Below are positions 27,814 through 37,557 of a DNA stretch of 64,000 nucleotides, piece by piece. Source of the DNA: Pyrinomonadaceae bacterium (GTDB lineage Bacteria; Acidobacteriota; Blastocatellia; Pyrinomonadales; Pyrinomonadaceae); assembly GCA_035940695.1 (NCBI GenBank), contig DASZEQ010000029.1:106548-170547 (forward strand), in the 5' to 3' direction. Positions within the stretch are counted from its first letter, which is position 1; the number at the start of each line of letters is the position of its first letter. A program made the translations under genes and the position numbers. The notes below the pieces were generated by a model. That model saw only the letters and a program-made list of their open reading frames with translations. It was not told the DNA's origin and made no database searches.

Positions 27814-28899
27814 TTAATCTCCAGCTTTCGACACTTGAAACTTCTCGTCCGACAATTCCAACTCGCGCGCGTGCGTCTGGGCGATGCCCTCTTCGATGCG
27901 GTCGCTCGCGCCGTGCTCGGAAAACTCCCTGACGATCCGCACCGCGCTGCGGATGGCGCGTGCGTTGGAACTGCCGTGGCCGATCACCACCAGACGCTGC
28001 ACGCCGAGCAGCGGCGCGCCGCCGTATTCCGAATAATCGAGTTTCTTTTTCAAACGTTGGAAGGCCGGGCGCGCCAGCATCGCCCCGGCCTTCGTGATGG
28101 CCGAGGCAGACAGTTCGCGTTTGATGAGCGAGATGACGGCGTCCTGCAAGCCTTCGGAGAGTTTGAGCATCACGTTGCCGGTAAAACCGTCCGTGACGAT
28201 CACGTCAACCGCGCCCGTGAACACGTCACGCCCTTCGACGTTGCCGACGAAATTCAAACTGCTCAACTCGCGCAACAGCGGGAACGCTTCTTTCGTCAAC
28301 TCGTTCCCCTTCGCCTCTTCTTCGCCGATGCTCATCAAGCCCACCGCCGGGCGGTTAGTGCCGAGCACCGAGCGCGAATAAGCGTCGCCCATGATAGCAA
28401 ACTGCGCCATCTGGTGCGGCTTGCAATCCGAGTTTGCGCCCACGTCCAGCAACAGGACGGGCTTGCCCGCTTTCGTCGGGATCAGAGCCGCGAGCGCGGG
28501 ACGATCCACTCCGGGCAGCATGCCGATGACCATCTTGGCCGTCGCCATCGCCGCGCCCGTGTTGCCCGCCGACACGAAGCCGTCGGCCAACCCTTCGGCC
28601 ACGAGTTTCGCGCCGATGCGCAGCGAACTCTTTTTCTTGCGGCGGACGGCGACGGCGACGGCTTCGTCCATGCCGACCACTTCCGCCGCCTCGACGAATT
28701 CGATCCCCAGATCGCCGTCTCTGCGCCAGCCGCAGCGACGCAACTCCGGCACAACCTTTTCCGGTTGGCCGACGAGGATGACGCCGATCTGGAAGTCGCG
28801 CGCCGCAGCCAACGCGCCGTCGATTTCAGGATGCGGCGCGCGGTCGGTGCCCATCGCATCCACCACGACTTTACCAGTCAGTTGGCGTCCTTGCTTCAT
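27814..28899 (-). CDS. plsX: Phosphate acyltransferase
   Basis: PlsX family motifs (VDAMGTD, GNTGA, LLDVGAN, FVGNVEGRD). Conserved plsX-fabH order. Confidence 0.93.
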   Translation of the reverse strand: MKQGRQLTGKVVVDAMGTDRAPHPEIDGALAAARDFQIGVILVGQPEKVVPELRRCGWRRDGDLGIEFVEAAEVVGMDEAVAVAVRRKKKSSLRIGAKLVAEGLADGFVSAGNTGAAMATAKMVIGMLPGVDRPALAALIPTKAGKPVLLLDVGANSDCKPHQMAQFAIMGDAYSRSVLGTNRPAVGLMSIGEEEAKGNELTKEAFPLLRELSSLNFVGNVEGRDVFTGAVDVIVTDGFTGNVMLKLSEGLQDAVISLIKRELSASAITKAGAMLARPAFQRLKKKLDYSEYGGAPLLGVQRLVVIGHGSSNARAIRSAVRIVREFSEHGASDRIEEGIAQTHARELELSDEKFQVSKAGD

Positions 28900-28935
28900 C
28901 TTGAGGCGCGTTTTGAAGTGACCGCCCGAAACCGC

Positions 28936-29121
28936 TTAGACTTCGGTGTTGACGCGAACCACTTCACGGCCTTTGTAATGACCGCACTTGGGGCAGACGC
29001 GATGGGGCATGCGCGGCTCCTGACAGTTCGGGCAGGTCTGTGTCTGCGGGGCGCGCAGCGCGTCGTGCGCACGGCGTTTGCCCGTGCGCGCTTTGGAATG
29101 TCTTCGTTTTGGATTAGGCAT
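28936..29121 (-). CDS. rpmF: 50S ribosomal protein L32
   Basis: MPNPKRRHSKARTGKRRAH N-terminus with CxxC...CxxC zinc ribbon; 61 aa. Confidence 0.93.
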   Translation of the reverse strand: MPNPKRRHSKARTGKRRAHDALRAPQTQTCPNCQEPRMPHRVCPKCGHYKGREVVRVNTEV

Positions 29122-29134
29122 AATAGCTCCGTAA

Positions 29135-29199
29135 GTAAATAGTGGATCGTGGGTCGTAAATAGTGAGAAATCGTTTTATCCGTCTACGATTCACCATTT
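29135..29199. repeat. Heptamer-hairpin element, GTNNATC/AATCGTS-related family (yceD-rpmF junction), imperfect
   Basis: gtaaata gtggatc gtgggtc gtaaata gtgagaa, then loop, then ttatccgtctacgattcaccattt. The right arm overlaps the last codons of yceD. Confidence 0.6.
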
Positions 29200-29720
29200 C
29201 CGTCTTTTTTCAACGCCGCGAGCGCAGCCCAGCGCGGGTCTGTCTCCTGCCGCTCGCAGTGGCATGCTTGCGTGTTCAAATCTTCGCCGCACGTCAGGCA
29301 CAAGCCCTTGCAATCTTCGCGGCACAGGTGGCGCGAGGGCAAGGCCAGCAAAATCTGCTCGCGCGCCAGTTCGTCTATGTCGAGTTCGTCGCCTTCGTAA
29401 GTGGCGAACGTCAAATCGTCTTCCTGTAACTCGGTGGCTTCCGCGTCGGTCTTTAAAACTTCCTCCGGCACGTAAGTCACGTCGAAATCCGCGTTCAACG
29501 GAACGACTATGGGTGCGACGCAACGGTCGCAACGAACCTCGACCGAGGTGTTGATCGTGCCCCGCAGGCGAACCTGTTCGCGCCACTTGCTGGCGCGTCC
29601 TTCGAGCGTCGCGTCCGAGACGAGACGCGTCAATTCGTCTTCGAGTTGCAGTTCGTCGGGCGTGTAACGGGCGGCGAAGGGCGCGCCCGCCTCATTCAGT
29701 TTTTCGACCTCAATCCGCAT
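29184..29720 (-). CDS. yceD: DUF177 (YceD-like) protein
   Basis: Conserved position upstream of rpmF. C-terminal CxxDCxGLCxxCG...C.C motif. Start taken at MRIEVEK; the track ORF extends to 29765. Confidence 0.85.
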   Translation of the reverse strand: MRIEVEKLNEAGAPFAARYTPDELQLEDELTRLVSDATLEGRASKWREQVRLRGTINTSVEVRCDRCVAPIVVPLNADFDVTYVPEEVLKTDAEATELQEDDLTFATYEGDELDIDELAREQILLALPSRHLCREDCKGLCLTCGEDLNTQACHCERQETDPRWAALAALKKDGNGES

Positions 29721-29787
29721 GGCTCGTCCCCGGCAGGCGCGCACAGTCACAAATATCCGGCGCACGCAAAAGGAGCAATTATAGCGG

Positions 29788-31065
29788 TCAGCGCGCGGGT
29801 GTCAACGTGCCGAAGCCGACTTTCTCCAGCGCATCCTGACGCAACAAGTCGGCCAAGCGTTTGTCGCCCCCCGTGAGCAGGCGTTTCCGGCGATGCCGCC
29901 CCGCGCCGAAAAAATCGTGTAGCAGCGTCTCGTCCGATACGTCGGGGGCGGCGGCCTGACGTTTTTTCGTCCCGCCCCCCGCGCCCGTCGCCGCGCCCGC
30001 TTTCACCTTCAGCGCGCGCGCCGTCGCCAGAGCTTTTTGCGCCGGCTTGGCCTCGCCCAGTTGCGTCTGAATATAGCCTAACAACTGAAAGGTCGCCGCG
30101 TAGTTTTCGTCTGCCTCGACGGCTTTGTTGGCGTGCCTGAGCGCGGTACGCAGGCGACCCAGACGCGCCGACGCGAAACCCAACAGGTAATGCGCTTCGG
30201 CGCAGCGTCTCGCGTCGAGGGCTTGCTTGAAGTGTGCGTGCGCGCCCGCCCAATTATCTTCCTCGGCGTCGAAGCGTCCGAGCGCGTAATGCGCGGCGTA
30301 TGACGCGCCACGCTTCTCGATTGAATCGTGCAGCAGTGTGCGCGCCTGTTCCACTTCGCCCTCGTCGCCGCAGGCGATGCCGAGCAATAGGTAGACCTGC
30401 GCGCTGGCGGGTTGCGCTTCATGCGCCCGTTGCAGGTAGGCGCGGGCGAGCGCGAATTTGCCTTCGCGGAAGAATTGCAGGCCGAGGATGAAATTGAGCG
30501 TCGCGTGGGCGGGCGCGAGCGCGGAGGCGCGTTCCAACTCGCGTTTCGCGCGCGCCGTTTTCCCCGCGCCCAACAACTCCAGCCCGCGCCCGACGAACTC
30601 CGCGAAAACTTCTCTCTCCGCCCCCTGATAATCGTCCATGATGCTGGCGCGCAGAAATTCAACGTCGCTCAATTCCTTGCTCGCCGCCGCCTTCTCGCCC
30701 GCGAGCGCGGCGCGATACATGCTGTCGAGTCTCTGGCGGTCGGCCTTCCCGGTCTCGATCAGCAAGTCGATCAAACTTTCGAGCAGCGTGTGATCCGACA
30801 GCGCAATCTGCGACTGCTTCAAGAGCAGTTCGAATCCCCTTTCGAGCCGCTCGGCAAAGCGCAGCAGATTGTTTTCCAACAAAGAGACGCGCTCCATCAA
30901 CCCTTCGGCGTGTTGCGCCCCGGCCGTCACGTCTTCCTCGAAACGCAGCGTCGAAGGCTCGACGACCAGCATCAGGCGCGTCCCGCAACGCCCGCACAAC
31001 TCTTCACCGAGCGGGTTGGCCGCGCGGCATCTCTGGCAACGTATCTCTTGGAAACTTCTTCTCAT
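29788..31065 (-). CDS. TPR-repeat protein with N-terminal zinc ribbon
   Basis: CQRCRAANPLGEELCGRCG, then a coiled region and multiple TPR-like repeats. Start taken at MRRSFQEI (31065), because the track ORF upstream of it reads through the hairpin repeat. Confidence 0.75.
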   Translation of the reverse strand: MRRSFQEIRCQRCRAANPLGEELCGRCGTRLMLVVEPSTLRFEEDVTAGAQHAEGLMERVSLLENNLLRFAERLERGFELLLKQSQIALSDHTLLESLIDLLIETGKADRQRLDSMYRAALAGEKAAASKELSDVEFLRASIMDDYQGAEREVFAEFVGRGLELLGAGKTARAKRELERASALAPAHATLNFILGLQFFREGKFALARAYLQRAHEAQPASAQVYLLLGIACGDEGEVEQARTLLHDSIEKRGASYAAHYALGRFDAEEDNWAGAHAHFKQALDARRCAEAHYLLGFASARLGRLRTALRHANKAVEADENYAATFQLLGYIQTQLGEAKPAQKALATARALKVKAGAATGAGGGTKKRQAAAPDVSDETLLHDFFGAGRHRRKRLLTGGDKRLADLLRQDALEKVGFGTLTPAR

Positions 31066-31075
31066 ATCAAAAATA

Positions 31076-31149
31076 GTAAATCGTGAATCGTCAATCGTGA
31101 ATAGAGAAGAACTGTTTTCTCTATTCACGATTGACGATTCACGATTTAC
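31076..31149. repeat. Heptamer-hairpin element, AATCGTS family (hbd-TPR junction), perfect 33-bp stem
   Basis: gtaaatc gtgaatc gtcaatc gtgaata gagaa, loop gaactgtt, then the exact reverse complement. Overlaps the hbd stop codon by 4 nt. Confidence 0.95.
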
Positions 31150-32000
31150 GTCTTCTGGTATTCGTAAAACCCGCGCCCGGTTTTGCGGCCGAGCCAACCG
31201 GCGTCAACGTAACGCTTGAGCAGCGGGCAGGGGCGATACTTAGGGTCGCCCAGTTCTTCGTGCAAGACGTTGAGGATGGCGAGGCACACGTCGAGGCCGA
31301 TGAAGTCTGCGAGCGTGAGCGGCCCCATCGGGTGATTCATGCCGAGTTTCATGATGCCGTCGATTGCTTCGCGCGTGGCGACCGATTCGTAGAGCGCGAA
31401 GATGGCCTCGTTGATCATGGGCATCAGGACGCGATTGGAGACGAAGCCCGGCGAGTCGTTGCATTCGAGCGGAATCTTTTCGAGCCGTTCGGTCAGCGCG
31501 TGCGTGCGCGCGTAAGTCTCGTCGGAGGTGGCGATGCCGCGAATCACCTCGACGAGTTTCATCACCGGCACGGGGTTCATAAAGTGCATGCCGATGACGC
31601 GTTCGGGGCGGCGCGTCGCCCCGCCGAGTTTCGTGATCGAGATGGAAGAGGTGTTCGAGGCGAGGATGGCTTCGGGCGCGGTCAGTTCGTCGAGCGCGCG
31701 GAAGATTTCCGCCTTGACCGCAAAATTCTCCGTCACGGCTTCGACGACGAACTGCGCCTCTTTGAGCGCGTCCAACTCGGTCGTCGCGCTGATGCGGCCG
31801 ATGATGGCGCGCTTCTCCTCTTCCGCGAGACGCGCTTTGTCCACGTCGCGTTGCAGGCTGCGGTCGATGCTCTTGAGGCCGCGCTCCAAAAACTCGTCTT
31901 TCACGTCGCGCATGACGACCGTGTAGCCCGCACGCGCCGCCACCTGTGCGATGCCGTTGCCCATCGTCCCCGCGCCGATCACCCCGATTGTCTCTGTCAC
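31146..32000 (-). CDS. hbd: 3-hydroxybutyryl-CoA / 3-hydroxyacyl-CoA dehydrogenase
   Basis: Rossmann motif [15 protein letters not shown]. 3HCDH N- and C-terminal domain motifs. Start taken at GTG 32000; the track ORF extends to 32186. Confidence 0.9.
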   Translation of the reverse strand: MTETIGVIGAGTMGNGIAQVAARAGYTVVMRDVKDEFLERGLKSIDRSLQRDVDKARLAEEEKRAIIGRISATTELDALKEAQFVVEAVTENFAVKAEIFRALDELTAPEAILASNTSSISITKLGGATRRPERVIGMHFMNPVPVMKLVEVIRGIATSDETYARTHALTERLEKIPLECNDSPGFVSNRVLMPMINEAIFALYESVATREAIDGIMKLGMNHPMGPLTLADFIGLDVCLAILNVLHEELGDPKYRPCPLLKRYVDAGWLGRKTGRGFYEYQKT

Positions 32001-32022
32001 TTTTCGCGTCTCCCCTGAAAGT

Positions 32023-32532
32023 TTATTCGTTGCGCCAGTCCGGCGGTTGCGCGGGCGGCACGTACTCGCGCTCGCGCCCCTGATTCGCACGCGCGTTCCA
32101 CTCGGACGCGGACGGCGGCGGCGGGGGCGTATCGCGCAACGCGTAAGGCCGTTGCGGGCTGGTATATGTTTTGTCGTACATCGCACGCCCCGCGTCGCTG
32201 AACATGAACCAGAAAGAATAGAACGCCACGGCCGTGCCGAACGGGAAACTCAACGCCTCCAGCACGGCCGCGACAACGCTCGCCGTTTTCGCCCAAGATT
32301 TATGCTTCAAGATCGCGTAGCCCGCGATGAACGAGGGCAGCATGAGGACGACAGACCAGAGCGCGATGAAGCTCAGGACGATCATCAAGACGCCCACGGG
32401 AGCCTCGCCGCCGGGAATCGCAAACATGATCGCCCCGAAAAAAACCAGCATGGCGAGCACCATCAACGCGCTCATGCCCCCGTAGGCCAGATGGCAGATA
32501 CCGACAGCCTTGTTGTGTTCCTCGGGCGTCAT
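32023..32532 (-). CDS. Integral membrane protein, unknown function, Pro-rich C-terminal tail
   Basis: Four hydrophobic helices. Abuts the thiolase stop with no gap. No motif recognised. Confidence 0.6.
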   Translation of the reverse strand: MTPEEHNKAVGICHLAYGGMSALMVLAMLVFFGAIMFAIPGGEAPVGVLMIVLSFIALWSVVLMLPSFIAGYAILKHKSWAKTASVVAAVLEALSFPFGTAVAFYSFWFMFSDAGRAMYDKTYTSPQRPYALRDTPPPPPSASEWNARANQGREREYVPPAQPPDWRNE

Positions 32533-33723
32533 TTATCGCTCCACGGCCATCGCCACAGCGTTGCCGCCGCCGAGACACAGAGCGCACAGCCCGCGCCGCG
32601 CGTTGCGGCGTTTCATCTCGTAGAGGATGGTCGTCAGCAGTCTCGAACCCGATTGGCCGATGGCGTGGCCGAGCGCGACCGCGCCGCCGTTGACGTTCAC
32701 CTTCGCCGGGTCGAGTTCCAGTTCGCGGATGATGGCGACGGCCTGCACCGAGAACGCTTCGTTGAGTTCGATCAGATCGACTTCGTTCAGAGACCACCCG
32801 GCCTTCTTCAAGACTTTGCGGATCGCCTCGACGGGAGCCATCATCACGAGTTCCGGCTGGATGCCCGAAGTGGCCTGCGCCGCGATGCGCGCCAGAGGCT
32901 CGACGCCGAGCGAGCGCGCGCGTTCGAGCGACGTGACGACGACCGCCGATGCGCCATCGTTGACGCCCGGCGCGTTGCCCGCCGTCACCGTTCCGCCTTC
33001 CTTCTTGAACGCGGGCTTGAGCTTGGCGAGGGCTTCGAGCGAAGTGTCTTCGCGCACGGCCTCGTCCGTGTCGAACATGATGGGCGCGCCCTTCTTGTTC
33101 GGAATCTCCACGGGGACGATCTCGTCTCTGAACTTGCCCGCCTTGATCGCGGCGGCGGCCTTGCGGTGCGAGTTCAGGGCGTACTCGTCCTGCTCCGCGC
33201 GCATCACATTGTAGCGTTCGGCGACGACCTCGCCCGTGTTGCCCATGTGATAATTCTCAAAGGCGCACCACAGCCCGTCGTGAATCATCGCATCGACGAG
33301 CGTGCCGTTGCCGAGACGGTAGCCCTCGCGCGCCTTCGGCAACAGGTACGGCGCGTTCGACATGCTCTCCATGCCGCCCGCGACGACGATTTCGGCATCG
33401 CCGAGTTTCACCTCCTGCGCCGCCATCATCACGGACTTCAAACCCGAACCGCAGACCTTATTGATCGTCACGGCCGAGACGCCGAACGGAATCCCGCCCT
33501 TGAGCGCGGCCTGTCGCGCAGGGTTCTGGCCGACGCCCGCCTGCACGACGTTGCCCATGATCACTTCGTCCACGTCTTCCACTGCGACGCCCGCGCGCCT
33601 GACGCTCTCGCGCACGACGAGCGCGCCCAAATCGGTCGCCGAAAAATTCTTCAACGCACCTTGAAACTTCCCTGTCGGCGTCCGCGCCGCGCTGATGATG
33701 ACCGCCTCTGTATTATCCGGCAT
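32533..33723 (-). CDS. Acetyl-CoA acetyltransferase (thiolase II)
   Basis: Thiolase motifs ([10 protein letters not shown] active-site Cys, [23 protein letters not shown]). AAGGAG Shine-Dalgarno. Confidence 0.93.
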   Translation of the reverse strand: MPDNTEAVIISAARTPTGKFQGALKNFSATDLGALVVRESVRRAGVAVEDVDEVIMGNVVQAGVGQNPARQAALKGGIPFGVSAVTINKVCGSGLKSVMMAAQEVKLGDAEIVVAGGMESMSNAPYLLPKAREGYRLGNGTLVDAMIHDGLWCAFENYHMGNTGEVVAERYNVMRAEQDEYALNSHRKAAAAIKAGKFRDEIVPVEIPNKKGAPIMFDTDEAVREDTSLEALAKLKPAFKKEGGTVTAGNAPGVNDGASAVVVTSLERARSLGVEPLARIAAQATSGIQPELVMMAPVEAIRKVLKKAGWSLNEVDLIELNEAFSVQAVAIIRELELDPAKVNVNGGAVALGHAIGQSGSRLLTTILYEMKRRNARRGLCALCLGGGNAVAMAVER

Positions 33724-33739
33724 GATAACTCCTTAAAAA

Positions 33740-33817
33740 GTGACAAGTGACAGGTGACAGGTGACAAGTTAGAAGAACAAGCTGTTTTAACTTGTCACCC
33801 GTCACCTGTCACTTGTC
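33740..33817. repeat. Heptamer-hairpin element, GTGACAR family (upstream of thiolase)
   Basis: gtgacaa gtgacag gtgacag gtgacaa gttagaa, then loop, then ttaacttgtcacccgtcacctgtcacttgtc. About 30-bp stem with one mismatch. Confidence 0.93.
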
Positions 33818-33896
33818 GTTATAGTGACGATTATACGTTGGCACTTACGAGAGTCAAGCAACTGACCATATGTAGTTTCCGCGATGCAATAAATAA

Positions 33897-33925
33897 TTGA
33901 CACGGACAACGACCGGGAGTAATGT
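33897..33925 (+). promoter_or_regulatory. Sigma-70-like promoter for the downstream hypothetical gene
   Basis: TTGACA, 17 nt, TAATGT. Confidence 0.5.
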
Positions 33926-34019
33926 CCGGGCAGGATAAGCACCGTAATTAAACGAATCCTTTACCTCGCTCACTTTGTCATTGGGTTCAACCCAACTTCT
34001 AACTCACCTTGGAGGAAAA

Positions 34020-34640
34020 ATGCGAAGGCACTCTCTATTGATACTTTTAGTCGTTGTTTTTGTCGCGGGTATAACTGCGCGCACCGTGCTCAATCAAACG
34101 ACACGACGCGAACGCCCCGCTTACACGATCACTTGGCAAGTGACGGCATACGACGCGAAAGGTGAAGCGACGCCGCTCTATCTGGAAACACGCTACGTCT
34201 CGTCCAACGGCAACTGGCGCGGGGTCAAACAATACCCTGACGGCAAAATCGAAGAAATGTTTGCCGAAGTAGGGGAGGGCGTCTTCGTCAAGCGCGGCGA
34301 GAAAATGCACTTTCTGTCAAACCATAGGCTTCCTCCGGCGCGAACCGTCGAGGGATTTCTGAAAAGCCCCGACTACCTCCGCACGGAAACGGTGCTCGGA
34401 CAGACAGCCCTCGTGTTAAAGCCCGCCAATGATCACGAGGGTCGGTTTGAAATGTTTTATGCCCCCGCGCTGGATAACGACATCAAGACAATCTATCGCG
34501 GTGCGCGGACGACCGTTCAAGAACCTATCAGCCTTGTCTTCGGCGAGCCGGATGCGGCGTTGGTCAAAATGCCGAAAGGGTTGACCGTTGATCGCACGAA
34601 CTACGAGAGGATGCACGGCACACCCGGCGTTAAGAACTGA
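34020..34640 (+). CDS. Hypothetical exported/membrane-anchored protein
   Basis: GGAGG Shine-Dalgarno 5 nt upstream of ATG 34020. N-terminal hydrophobic signal/anchor (LLILLVVVFVAGITA). No recognisable domain. Confidence 0.6.
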   Translation: MRRHSLLILLVVVFVAGITARTVLNQTTRRERPAYTITWQVTAYDAKGEATPLYLETRYVSSNGNWRGVKQYPDGKIEEMFAEVGEGVFVKRGEKMHFLSNHRLPPARTVEGFLKSPDYLRTETVLGQTALVLKPANDHEGRFEMFYAPALDNDIKTIYRGARTTVQEPISLVFGEPDAALVKMPKGLTVDRTNYERMHGTPGVKN

Positions 34641-34682
34641 GCGGAGCAATCGCGCCGCTTCACCTCCCGACTTCGAGATAAG

Positions 34683-34720
34683 AACCGCCCGCAGGTCTGA
34701 CAGGCTTGCGGGCGGTTTCT
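34683..34720 (+). terminator. Intrinsic terminator
   Basis: 11-bp stem aaccgcccgca/tgcgggcggtt, followed by tct. Confidence 0.6.
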
Positions 34721-34834
34721 CCGTCGAGGGAAAAGATGTGCGAGAAGTTTGCGGGCGATTGAAAAGACGCGGAGTTGCGGCTACACTCCCCGGCGCGTTG
34801 CGGCTTTATTTTTATTCCGGTAACTTCTTAAAAC

Positions 34835-35881
34835 ATGCAAGCACTCATTCTCGCAGGCGGCAAAGGCACACGACTCCGCCCGCTCACGGTTCACACGCCG
34901 AAGCCCATCGTTCCCATCTGCAACCGCTCTTTCCTGCTCTACCAGATCGACACGCTGCGCGATGCCGGGATCACCGACATCACGCTCTCGCTCTCGTACC
35001 AGCCGCACAAGATCGAGCAACTCATCGGCGACGGCTCGGCACACGGCGTCAGGATCAAATACACGGTCGAGCCGCAGCCGATGGGCACGGCCGGGGCGTA
35101 CAAGTTTGCCGAAGAGTTGCTGCGCGAACCGACCGTCGTTTTCAACGGCGACATCCTGACCGACCTCGACCTCGAACGCGTCATCCGCGAACACAACGAA
35201 CGACGCGCGGCGGCGACGCTCGTGCTCGCGCCCGTCGAGAATCCGAGCGCGTATGGCTTGGTCGAAACCGAACCGGACGGCCGCGTGCGTCGCTTTCTGG
35301 AGAAGCCGAAACCGGACGAGATCAGAGTCAACACGATCAACGCGGGAACTTACGTCCTTGAACCGCGCGTGCTCGACGCAATCCCTGCGGGCGAAAATTA
35401 TTCTTTCGAGTATCAGCTTTTCCCCGACCTGCTCAGGCGCGGCGAACCCTTCTACGCGCACATCCCCACAGACGCCTACTGGATCGACATCGGCACGACC
35501 GAGCGCTACCTGCAAGTGCATCGAGACCTGCTCGCAGGCCGCGTCGGTCACGTCCGTCTGGCCGAACGCCGCGCCGGGTTTGAGCCAATCGCCGGAGCGA
35601 AAATCGACGAACGCTCGCTCATCGCGCCCGACTGCACGATCAAGGCGGGCGCGCACATCTCAAACTCCGTGCTCGGCGAGGGCTGTTTCGTCGAAGAAGG
35701 CGCGCGGGTCGAAGATTCCGTCATCTGGTCGCACACGCGCGTGGGTGCGGGGGCGCGCGTCTCCGGCGCGATCATCGGGCGCGGCTGCCACGTCGGGCGC
35801 GAAGCACAGGTCGGCGCGGGCGCGACGCTCGGCGACAAAACTTCTCTCACCGATTTCACGCAGACGGGTGGCGCGATATGA
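34835..35881 (+). CDS. NDP-sugar pyrophosphorylase (mannose-1-phosphate guanylyltransferase-like) with C-terminal left-handed beta-helix
   Basis: LILAGGKGTRLRPLT nucleotidyltransferase motif and C-terminal hexapeptide repeats. 4-nt overlap with the PMM/PGM gene. Confidence 0.88.
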   Translation: MQALILAGGKGTRLRPLTVHTPKPIVPICNRSFLLYQIDTLRDAGITDITLSLSYQPHKIEQLIGDGSAHGVRIKYTVEPQPMGTAGAYKFAEELLREPTVVFNGDILTDLDLERVIREHNERRAAATLVLAPVENPSAYGLVETEPDGRVRRFLEKPKPDEIRVNTINAGTYVLEPRVLDAIPAGENYSFEYQLFPDLLRRGEPFYAHIPTDAYWIDIGTTERYLQVHRDLLAGRVGHVRLAERRAGFEPIAGAKIDERSLIAPDCTIKAGAHISNSVLGEGCFVEEGARVEDSVIWSHTRVGAGARVSGAIIGRGCHVGREAQVGAGATLGDKTSLTDFTQTGGAI

Positions 35882-37368
35882 GCGGGCGCACGATCCCCGA
35901 GCGCATCCCGCGCACGCCCATCCTCTTTGGGACGGACGGCTGGCGCGCCGTCATCGCGCACGAGTTCACCTTCGCCAATCTCGAACGCGTGGCGCAAGCC
36001 TACGCGGACTTTCTCAACGGGGCGCAACAACAGCAACCGGCGCAACCCGAACGCGCGGGCGCGCCGACGGGTGCGCCGCACGCCGTCGTCGGCCACGACC
36101 GACGCTTCCTGTCGGAGAAGTTTGCCGCGCGCGTCGGCGAGGTGTTGGCAGGCAATGGCATCCGTGTCGCGATGTTCGCAGGCGACGTGCCGACGCCGCT
36201 CGTCTCTTGGGCGGTGCGCGAGCGCGGGGCGGCGGGCGGCGTCGTCATCACGGCCTCGCACAATCCTGCGGAGTTCAACGGCTTCAAGATCAAAGCTCCT
36301 TGGGGCGGGAGCGCGACGCGCGAGACGACGGCCGCCGTCGAGGCTCTCGTTGACGCGCAACCGCCGCGTCGCAGCGACCTGACGGACGCGATGCGCGGCG
36401 AATTGGATGATGCGCTGGAAAGTTATCGCGCGCAGATCGCGTCTTACATCGATCTCGAACGGTTGAAGGGTGCGCGGGCGCGCGTCGTGATCGACCCGAT
36501 GCACGGGTCGGGCGGTCGTTGGGTGGAAAGTTTCCTCGTCGGCGGCGCGCTCGAAGTGGAGACGATCCGCGCCGGACGCGACACGCAGTTCGGCGGCGTC
36601 AACCCCGAACCGATTGATCGCAACCTCGCCCCCTTGCGCGAGCGCGTCGGCGCGGCGGGCGCGCTCGTCGGGTTGGCGACCGACGGCGATGCCGATAGAG
36701 TCGGCGCGGTCAACGAACTGGGCGAGACGATGACGATGCATGAAGTCGTGCCGCTTCTGCTCCTGCACCTCGCGCGTCGGCGCGGGATGACGGGCGGCGT
36801 CGTGCGCACCTTCTCGCAATCCGTGCTGACGAAGCGTATTGCCGCCGCGCACAACTTGAAACTTTACGAAACGCCCATCGGTTTCAAGTACGTCGCAGAC
36901 CTCATGCTGCGCGAAGACATTCTCATCGGCGCGGAAGAATCCGGCGGCGTCGGCGTCAAAGGCCACATCCCGGAGCGCGACGGCATCCTCAATTCCCTGC
37001 TCTTTCTCGAAGCCGTCGTCGCCGCCGAGGGCAAGACGCCTTCGGAGATGGTCAGGGAGATGCACCGCGAGTTCGGCGAGTTCTACTTCGGGCGGCGCGA
37101 CCTGCATCTCGAAGTGGCGCGCGGTTTGAACCTCGTCGAGACGCTTTCCGTCTCACCGCCCGAAGCAGTGGCGGGTCACACCGTCCACGGCTTCTCGCAG
37201 ATGGACGGGATGAAGCTCGTCTTCGGCGACGAATCATGGCTGCTCTTTCGCCAGTCCGGCACAGAACCCGTCCTGCGCATCTACGCCGAAGCCACTTCCG
37301 TCGCAAAGGTGAACGAACTGCTCGACGCCGGTTGCGCCATGGCGAATAAAGCAGAGGTCAGAGGTTAG
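35878..37368 (+). CDS. Phosphomannomutase/phosphoglucomutase
   Basis: Active-site TASHNPAEFNGFK, Mg-binding DGDADR, and the GEESGG sugar-binding loop. The stop codon lies inside a heptamer array. Confidence 0.9.
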   Translation: MSGRTIPERIPRTPILFGTDGWRAVIAHEFTFANLERVAQAYADFLNGAQQQQPAQPERAGAPTGAPHAVVGHDRRFLSEKFAARVGEVLAGNGIRVAMFAGDVPTPLVSWAVRERGAAGGVVITASHNPAEFNGFKIKAPWGGSATRETTAAVEALVDAQPPRRSDLTDAMRGELDDALESYRAQIASYIDLERLKGARARVVIDPMHGSGGRWVESFLVGGALEVETIRAGRDTQFGGVNPEPIDRNLAPLRERVGAAGALVGLATDGDADRVGAVNELGETMTMHEVVPLLLLHLARRRGMTGGVVRTFSQSVLTKRIAAAHNLKLYETPIGFKYVADLMLREDILIGAEESGGVGVKGHIPERDGILNSLLFLEAVVAAEGKTPSEMVREMHREFGEFYFGRRDLHLEVARGLNLVETLSVSPPEAVAGHTVHGFSQMDGMKLVFGDESWLLFRQSGTEPVLRIYAEATSVAKVNELLDAGCAMANKAEVRG

Positions 37369-37552
37369 AGGTTAGAGGTTAGAAGTTAGGAGTTAGAGCT
37401 TTGACGTTAGCGGTCACAGGTCAGAGGTCAGTTTTACTCTGCTCCCTCCGCCGGACTCATCTTCGCCCGACAACTTTTATTGGTCTCAACAAAACTCATT
37501 CGCGCTCGGCATGCTTTCAACTAACCTCTAACCTCTGATCTCTAATCTCTCT
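37353..37552. repeat. Heptamer element, AGAGGTY family: 11-unit direct array plus distal inverted arm
   Basis: 37353-37431 holds 11 consecutive 7-mers (agaggtc agaggtt x3 agaagtt aggagtt agagctt tgacgtt agcggtc acaggtc agaggtc). After an 86-nt spacer, 37519-37552 reads aactaacctctaacctctgatctctaatctct (complement words). Confidence 0.9.
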
Positions 37553-37557
37553 TTCTT

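Noticed and set aside
30828-30837. GTTCGAATCC (tRNA T-arm-like string).
   Set aside because: It lies inside the TPR-protein coding frame. No flanking acceptor or anticodon stem could be drawn, so it is probably chance.
37353-37431. Heptamer arrays considered as a CRISPR array or a coding repeat.
   Set aside because: The units are 7 nt with no spacers, which is far from 24-48-nt CRISPR repeats with unique spacers. No cas genes are present. Only the first two units lie within the PMM/PGM reading frame.
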